Shown here piece by piece: positions 57,749 through 64,000 of a stretch of DNA of 64,000 nt. Location: assembly GCA_963676395.1 (NCBI GenBank), contig OY781066.1:1024001-1088000 (forward strand). Direction: 5' to 3'. Within the stretch, counting starts at the first letter, position 1. Every line of letters starts with the position of its first letter. The notes below the pieces were generated by a model, which saw nothing but the letters and a program-made list of their open reading frames with translations, had not been told where the DNA came from and made no database searches. The translations under genes and the position numbers were made by a program. The stretch comes from a bacterium. Lineage in GTDB: Bacteria > Fidelibacterota > Fidelibacteria > Fidelibacterales > Fidelibacteraceae.

Positions 57749-59368
57749 ATGAAAATTTCAGGCAACATTGTTGATGTTTTAAATGAACGAATTTACTCCG
57801 GAGTCATTGAAGTATCTGAGGGTAAGATCAAATCTATCACCGAAGACAATAATAAATATGATCATTATATCATCCCCGGGTTTATCGACTCACATATCCA
57901 TATAGAAAGCTCTATGTTAGCTCCTTCGGAATTTTCCCGTGCAGCTTTACAACATGGCACTATTGCCGTTGTCGCAGATCCTCACGAGATTGCAAATGTT
58001 TTGGGAGTTAATGGCGTAAAATTTATGATCGAGGATGCGGAGAGATCAGCATTAAAATTCTATTTTTCAGCACCTTCTTGTGTCCCCGCCACTAAATTTG
58101 AAACAGCCGGAGCAACAATAGGTCCAAAAGAAATAGAAGCTCTTTTTCAAGAATACCCTCAAATCCGCCACCTTGGCGAAATGATGAATGTCCCGGGTGT
58201 ATTAAATTCTGATCCTGATATAAAAAACAAGCTGGACATAGCAAAAAAATACAATAAACAAATTGATGGTCATGCACCCGGCATGAAAAAAACCGAACTT
58301 AAAAAATATATGAATGCCGGGATTTCCACAGATCATGAATCCATCAGCAAAGAAGAAGCGCTGAAAAAACTCGACCTTGGTATGAACGTTCAAATCAGAG
58401 AGGGCTCCGCCGCTCAAAATTTTAATGAACTCATTCTTGCAGGAGCAATGTACCCGGATAAGACAATGCTCTGCACCGATGATCTGCATCCGGATGATCT
58501 TGTTAACGGGCATATCAATATCTTGATCAAACGAGGACTGGAGTTTGGGATCAATATCATCAAGCTTCTCCGCATGGCAAGTGTAAATCCGATAAAACAT
58601 TATAATCTTGATATCGGTTTATTGCAAAAAGACGATCCGGCAGATTTCCTTCTTGTAAATTCATTGAAAGACTTAAACGTTCAGCGTTCATACATTAACG
58701 GGAAATGTGTTTACCGAAAGTCTATTCCCATATCCTTCAAAAAAAAGGTGGAAACTCCCAATATTTTCAAATGTCATGAAAAAGAAATCTTTGATTTTCA
58801 TGTTGAAGACCCTTATAAAGAATTACCCGTCATCCAAGTTCATGACAAACAGCTCTATACGTCTCGATCTCAAAAACTGATTAAAAAAGATCGCCATAAT
58901 CTTATTTCAGATACTGAAAGAGATATACTTAAAATAGCTGTCATTAACCGCTATGAAAACAAAACACCGGCAGTAGCCTTTATACACGGCTTTGGCTTAA
59001 AGTCCGGGGCGATCGCTTCCTCTGTCGCCCATGATTCTCATAATATCGTATGCGTTGGTGTAAAAGAAGAAGATATGCGTGATGCCGTCAATTTGATTAT
59101 AAAAAGCAAAGGCGGTATTTCCATTGTTTCAGAAAATGAAGGTATCTCTGAATTGTTACCTCTTCCCATAGCAGGTTTAATGAGCAATAAAAATTATAAA
59201 TGGGTGGCTGAAACCTATGCAAACCTGGATAAACTTGCCAAAGACTTAGGCTCTCCCCTCTCAGCCCCATTTATGACACTTTCCTTTATGTCCCTTTTGG
59301 TAATCCCCGAAATCAAATTAAGCGACAAGGGCCTATTTGATGGAAATAATTTTTCTTTCATCAAATAA
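57749..59368 (+). CDS. ade: Adenine deaminase
   Basis: PGFIDSHIHIESS, DPHEIANV, SCVPAT, EMMN, DGHAPG, TDHE, REGS, TDD, SVAHDSHN. Confidence 0.95.
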   Translation: MKISGNIVDVLNERIYSGVIEVSEGKIKSITEDNNKYDHYIIPGFIDSHIHIESSMLAPSEFSRAALQHGTIAVVADPHEIANVLGVNGVKFMIEDAERSALKFYFSAPSCVPATKFETAGATIGPKEIEALFQEYPQIRHLGEMMNVPGVLNSDPDIKNKLDIAKKYNKQIDGHAPGMKKTELKKYMNAGISTDHESISKEEALKKLDLGMNVQIREGSAAQNFNELILAGAMYPDKTMLCTDDLHPDDLVNGHINILIKRGLEFGINIIKLLRMASVNPIKHYNLDIGLLQKDDPADFLLVNSLKDLNVQRSYINGKCVYRKSIPISFKKKVETPNIFKCHEKEIFDFHVEDPYKELPVIQVHDKQLYTSRSQKLIKKDRHNLISDTERDILKIAVINRYENKTPAVAFIHGFGLKSGAIASSVAHDSHNIVCVGVKEEDMRDAVNLIIKSKGGISIVSENEGISELLPLPIAGLMSNKNYKWVAETYANLDKLAKDLGSPLSAPFMTLSFMSLLVIPEIKLSDKGLFDGNNFSFIK

Positions 59369-59485
59369 ATCCAATACTACTTACTATCTCAAGCTATAAA
59401 TATTATTATTTTTAGATTATATCATTTTTATTCCGGTCTTTTATACATATACTTGACCCAAGTTTATAAAATTTAAAGGATTAGA

Positions 59486-62356
59486 ATGAAAATAATCAAA
59501 TCTGTCTCAAGCTTAATACTTATACTTACCATTTCCCTTTCTGCACAAACAAATATTAGTGAAGGCAATGTATCCGGCACATGGACAAAAGCAAATTCTC
59601 CTTACCACGTAAACGGTAATATTGATATTCCCATGAACTCAACTCTTACCATTGAACCCGGAACAGAAGTATATTTTACCGACCAATATGAATTTAATGT
59701 TCACGGTCAATTAATCGCTGAAGGTACCGAAGCAGACAGTATTCTCTTTCATGCCGATTCTTTGGGTAGTCAGGATGCTTGGCCTTATTATACTGGATTC
59801 TGGTATGGTATCACCTTTCATGCAACAGATTCTACAAAACAACAAACTTCCATTTTAAAATATTGTAAAGTATCACATTGTTATGAACGCTGGATTGATA
59901 CAGGCAATGCCAGTATTAATTTTAATCGTAGATTTGGTGGCGGTATACTCTACTATAAATCTAAAATTGATCTATCGCATTCACGAATTGAACATAGTTT
60001 AAATTCTCGAAACAGCATTATTGCTATTTATTCAAGTGGTTTGATCGACTCAGTAAGAATTTCTAATGCAGGTACTATTGAGCTTTTACACTCAGAAGTA
60101 GACATTACAAACTCACTCATTAAAGGGGCTAAGGGAATTGCCCTGGATTATGCCACATCAAATATTATTAATACAAAGATCTCAAACAACAACTATTATT
60201 TTATGTCAAGTGATTTTGGTCATATTCAAGCTGAAAACTCTTTTGTCAATCTTTTAAGCTGTGAAATTAACAACAATGCCGGTATCGGTATAAATGCACA
60301 TCAATCAACGATCAACTTACTAAGAACCGACATTTCAGGTAATGCCGGCAATGGAGGATCATTTGTTGAATCTCCCACAAGTTTTATCAATTGTAATATT
60401 CGAGAAAACGGGGGATACGGGCTATTTTTTAATTCAAACACCTTGTGGAGTGATACCACCTTTATTGCCGACATCCAAAATACCATTGTTGCTAAAAATG
60501 GAGAATCCGGTATGAACTTCATCTCAAATAACGGTGCCAATATTAAAAATTGTGTTATCGCAGATAATACAAGTTCTCAGAGTTGGGGTGGCATTAAAGT
60601 TAGCAATACAGACCTCACAAACTCCGTTAATACAATCGTTATTAACAACGGAAGCAATCTAGATTTTCAAGCCGGAGGCTTGTATCGTTATTCCATCGTT
60701 CAAGGCAACTATGTTGGATCCGAAACAGATACAACGAATCTCCAGAACTATGACCCACTATTTCGCGATGCCGCCAATGGTGACTACAGGCTTAAGACAA
60801 CCGAATCTACCTATTTTTACGATTCGCCCGGAATTGATGCAGGTGACCCTGAAATTTCTGACTGGTTACTTGACACCGAAACTGCTGGTTTGGCAACATC
60901 TCGCTCCGATATAGGCGCTTACGGTGGCGCCAACAACTGGTGGAATATTGAACTCTCACCTCCTTGTCACTTTAAAGGCGATGTTGCAGGTACATGGGAA
61001 TGTGAGCGTATTTATGTAGATGGTGATATTCTTGTCCCCGAAGGCGATACACTTGACATTAGATCCTCGGTTGATTGGGTTGTTTTTACCGGCCCTTACC
61101 AAATTAAAGTCGAAGGTGTTTTACTCGCCCATGGTACAAAAAATCATGAAATTAAATTTCAAGGAACTACCGTTCCAACCATGAATTGGCGAGGTATAGT
61201 TTTTAACTCAACTAATACACGCACATCGGGAGCTTCGGTATTAGAATACTGCCGCTTTGACTATGCGAATAAAATTGGGGATGGCTTCCCTAATGGCGGT
61301 GCCCTTTGCATTTATAACTCTGATGATGTTCTCGTAAAAGACTGTTATTTTTACAACAACAATGCTCGCTTGGGTGGCGCTATCTACATAGAAAATTCAA
61401 GTCCACGCATCGAAAGCTCAACATTCAGGGCTAATGGTCGCAAACATAGTGACGAAATAGAAATATTAACATCTGCCGGTGGTGCAATGTATATAAAAAA
61501 TTCAACACCTTATATGCATGATCTTAAATTTTCAAGAAATGGTGCAAACGATGGTGCTGCCATTTTCCTGGATCATTCATCTCCAAAGATCAGTAATACT
61601 CTTATTGTTGAAAACTTTGCCTCCGGCTTTGCCGGCGCCATATTTATCAGCAATTCATCTCCTCACATTGTAAATATGACCTCTGCAGAAAATACCGCCT
61701 TGGCAGGTGGTTCATTTAGCTTAATGAACGCCAATAGCCATCCTACGGTGATCAACAGCATTATGTTCGACAATTCAAAGCCTGAAATATATATCAACGA
61801 AGGAACACCTTCTGTCACCTACTCAATTATAGACAGCGCCGGCACAAAACCGTATTTCAGTACAGGTTGTTTAACAGATGATCCTATGCTTACAGATAAC
61901 AATTCTTATCTTTTAACATACACAAATCAAAATGTATCACCGGCAATTGATGCCGGTCATCCGGATTCTTTAGATACAAAAATCGATACGTATGCCGGTC
62001 GCGGTGAAACACGAGCAGACATGGGTTATTACGGTGGTCGCCTGATTAACAACAATATTTCATCCATTAACGACGAAATTGTCAGCATCGATGATTTTAA
62101 GCTTTCAAGTAACTATCCCAATCCATTTAACCCCATTACCAATATTCCATTTATATTGGCCGCCGATGCTCATATTGAATTAACTATATATGATCTTAGT
62201 GGAAAAAAAGTCCAAACACTTGTTAACTCTTACCACACACAGGGTAACTATCAGTTTACTTGGAATGCTCAATCTCTTCCGTCCGGAATATATATGGTGG
62301 TTTTGCGAGTTGATAACTTCTTGGCAGACAGCAAAAAAATGATTTTGCTCAAATAA
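59486..62356 (+). CDS. Secreted protein with two right-handed beta-helix modules and T9SS-like C-terminal domain
   Basis: Signal peptide. Two units, each starting V.GTW...V.G.I..P...TL.I and ending SP.IDAG.P....R.D.G.YGG. GG(A)I repeats. NYPNPFNP CTD. Confidence 0.85.
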   Translation: MKIIKSVSSLILILTISLSAQTNISEGNVSGTWTKANSPYHVNGNIDIPMNSTLTIEPGTEVYFTDQYEFNVHGQLIAEGTEADSILFHADSLGSQDAWPYYTGFWYGITFHATDSTKQQTSILKYCKVSHCYERWIDTGNASINFNRRFGGGILYYKSKIDLSHSRIEHSLNSRNSIIAIYSSGLIDSVRISNAGTIELLHSEVDITNSLIKGAKGIALDYATSNIINTKISNNNYYFMSSDFGHIQAENSFVNLLSCEINNNAGIGINAHQSTINLLRTDISGNAGNGGSFVESPTSFINCNIRENGGYGLFFNSNTLWSDTTFIADIQNTIVAKNGESGMNFISNNGANIKNCVIADNTSSQSWGGIKVSNTDLTNSVNTIVINNGSNLDFQAGGLYRYSIVQGNYVGSETDTTNLQNYDPLFRDAANGDYRLKTTESTYFYDSPGIDAGDPEISDWLLDTETAGLATSRSDIGAYGGANNWWNIELSPPCHFKGDVAGTWECERIYVDGDILVPEGDTLDIRSSVDWVVFTGPYQIKVEGVLLAHGTKNHEIKFQGTTVPTMNWRGIVFNSTNTRTSGASVLEYCRFDYANKIGDGFPNGGALCIYNSDDVLVKDCYFYNNNARLGGAIYIENSSPRIESSTFRANGRKHSDEIEILTSAGGAMYIKNSTPYMHDLKFSRNGANDGAAIFLDHSSPKISNTLIVENFASGFAGAIFISNSSPHIVNMTSAENTALAGGSFSLMNANSHPTVINSIMFDNSKPEIYINEGTPSVTYSIIDSAGTKPYFSTGCLTDDPMLTDNNSYLLTYTNQNVSPAIDAGHPDSLDTKIDTYAGRGETRADMGYYGGRLINNNISSINDEIVSIDDFKLSSNYPNPFNPITNIPFILAADAHIELTIYDLSGKKVQTLVNSYHTQGNYQFTWNAQSLPSGIYMVVLRVDNFLADSKKMILLK

Positions 62357-62379
62357 TAACACCAGTTTTATAATTGCTT

Positions 62380-62415
62380 AAACCTCGCTAAGTCTTATGC
62401 TCGGCGAGGTTTTTT
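62380..62415 (+). terminator. Intrinsic terminator
   Basis: AAACCTCGCT...GGCGAGGTTT-TTT. Confidence 0.75.
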
Positions 62416-62538
62416 ATACCATTATCATAATGCTAACATTGTTTAAGTAACTGTGAGGATGAAGAAACTTAATGCTTTTTACTTTTACCATTAATCTTTA
62501 TCTTTTCTCTAGTTTGACAATGACGTGGAGTAAAAAAC

Positions 62539-63498
62539 ATGACACAATATGTACGATTACAACATTTCCCTATCTCTTTCTTTGCCATGATCTTAGGGAT
62601 GGCCGGATTTACAATAGCTTTTCAACGTGCTGAAAGTATATTAGAATTACCTTTTTCGATAAGCCCGATTTTACTCATTATAACACTGTTGATTTTTGTT
62701 GTATTTATCTTGCTTTATCTTTACAAAATGATCAAGTTTTTTCCCGAAGTAAAAGAGGAATTCAACAACCCGGTAAAACTTAGTTTTTTCCCAACCACCT
62801 CTATTTCATTATTGCTTTTTAGTATTCTGTTTTTAACAGATCATTCCAATATTTCAAAAATCTTTTGCTTCATAGGCACATTGGCCCATTTCATTTTTAC
62901 CTTGAAGATCATAACAACCTGGATACATCACGACAAATTTAATATCAAGCAAATGAATCCCGCCTGGTTTATACCTGCCGTTGGAAATTTAATCATACCC
63001 ATTGCAGGTGTATCGCACTTTCCTATGGAAATATCATGGTTTTTTTATAGTATAGGAGTTGTTTTTTGGCTGATCCTAATGACCATTTTCTTTAACCGGA
63101 TTATTTTTCATAATCCTTTACCAAACAAGCTTTTGCCTACATTGTTTCTTTTGATCGCTCCACCCGCTATTGGTTTTATATCCTATGTTAAATTAAATGG
63201 GGCCATTGACCCTTTTTCAAAAATATTATATTATTTTGCTCTCTTTATGTTCATTCTTCTTTTGACACAAATAAAGTATTTTACAAAGATAAAATTTTAT
63301 CTTTCATGGTGGGCATATTCATTTCCTATAGCAGCAATCACCATCGCAAGCCTGTTAATGTATCATAAAAGCGATATGCTATTTTTCTATTATATGGCGT
63401 ACTTCTTGTTAAGTATTTTAAGTTTAGCAATTATTGGAATTTTTATAAAAACGATTATATCAGTCTCAAAAAAAGAGGTCTGCATAGCAGAAGAATAA
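62539..63498 (+). CDS. SLAC1/TehA family anion channel
   Basis: FPIS.FA..LG..G, WFIP.VGN, PTLF.LIAPPA, F.LSWWAYSFP. Confidence 0.93.
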   Translation: MTQYVRLQHFPISFFAMILGMAGFTIAFQRAESILELPFSISPILLIITLLIFVVFILLYLYKMIKFFPEVKEEFNNPVKLSFFPTTSISLLLFSILFLTDHSNISKIFCFIGTLAHFIFTLKIITTWIHHDKFNIKQMNPAWFIPAVGNLIIPIAGVSHFPMEISWFFYSIGVVFWLILMTIFFNRIIFHNPLPNKLLPTLFLLIAPPAIGFISYVKLNGAIDPFSKILYYFALFMFILLLTQIKYFTKIKFYLSWWAYSFPIAAITIASLLMYHKSDMLFFYYMAYFLLSILSLAIIGIFIKTIISVSKKEVCIAEE

Positions 63499-63504
63499 TT
63501 TACC

Positions 63505-64000
63505 ATGTCTGATAATACACTATTTACGTCTACCACAAATCTGCCACCCTTGGCCGCACGCATGAGACCCCAAGAATTGGACCATTATGCCGGACAAGAA
63601 CATCTGATTTCTGAAGGAAAGTTCATTCAGAATATGATCAATTCAAAATCACTTTTTTCTTTGGTACTCTGGGGGCCTCCCGGGACAGGCAAAACCACAC
63701 TAGCACGTATTATTGCTAAAAATGTTGACGCTGTATTTTATGAGCTTTCAGCGGTTTCTGCATCCGTTAAGGATGTGCGCGAAATTATTCGCAAAGCGGT
63801 ATCGCATCAACACATGGGTAAAAAGACTTTATTATTTATTGACGAGATACATCGTTTTAATAAAAGTCAGCAAGATGCCCTGCTCCATGCCGTGGAGAAT
63901 GGTGAGATCGTAATGATTGGCGCCACAACCGAAAACCCTTCATTTGAAGTGATATCTCCCCTGCTTTCCAGATGTCGTATATTAAAACTTCAGGCACTGG
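63505..64000 (+). CDS. rarA: Replication-associated recombination protein A (RarA/MgsA), 3'-truncated by the window edge
   Basis: Not in the ORF track. Translated by hand: MSDNTLF...PLAARMRP...GQEHL...LWGPPGTGKTTLA...FIDEIHRFNKSQQDALL...IGATTENPSFEV. Confidence 0.95.
   Translation, partial: MSDNTLFTSTTNLPPLAARMRPQELDHYAGQEHLISEGKFIQNMINSKSLFSLVLWGPPGTGKTTLARIIAKNVDAVFYELSAVSASVKDVREIIRKAVSHQHMGKKTLLFIDEIHRFNKSQQDALLHAVENGEIVMIGATTENPSFEVISPLLSRCRILKLQAL

Noticed and set aside
1..64000. CRISPR array, tRNA/rRNA, prophage, integrase, intein in DnaE
   Set aside because: No regularly spaced repeats, cloverleafs, phage or recombinase genes were seen. DnaE has normal length with no intein motifs.

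Overview
64 kb of AT-rich (roughly 35-40% GC by eye) bacterial chromosome. The gene content (T9SS/FlgD-like 'YPNPFNP' C-terminal domains, porX-tsaE synteny, TonB and TonB-dependent proteins, citD-citE fusion) points to a Gram-negative FCB-superphylum organism, plausibly Marinimicrobia-like (inference). Most of the window is housekeeping and envelope genes: citF/citDE, a hybrid kinase, dnaE plus a splB-like gene, manC, galE, comM, ldhA, plsY, mutT, porX-tsaE-tsaB-rimI-surE, ygiQ, cysS, ddl, gmhB, blaI/blaR-TonB, GH20, ade, tehA and a partial rarA. I saw no rRNA, tRNA, CRISPR array, prophage or intact transposase. Most notable observations: (1) an identical 16-bp CRP-type box (TGTGA-CCTGCA-TCACA) lies at the same spacing upstream of comM and of a two-gene outer-membrane operon, suggesting a competence/DNA-uptake regulon. 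(2) An integrase-free wHTH-MNT/HEPN toxin-antitoxin cassette is bracketed by a decayed duplicate of the citF 3' end, with heptamer repeats and a GTAG-REP-like hairpin at the junctions. (3) A recurrent intergenic CGGGAAC motif is a candidate ECF-sigma -35. (4) Many genes appear leaderless. (5) An LpoA-like protein carries a ~200-aa insert packed with D-S/T O-glycosylation sequons and apparently needs an ATT start. (6) A GH20 has its catalytic Asp replaced by Asn.
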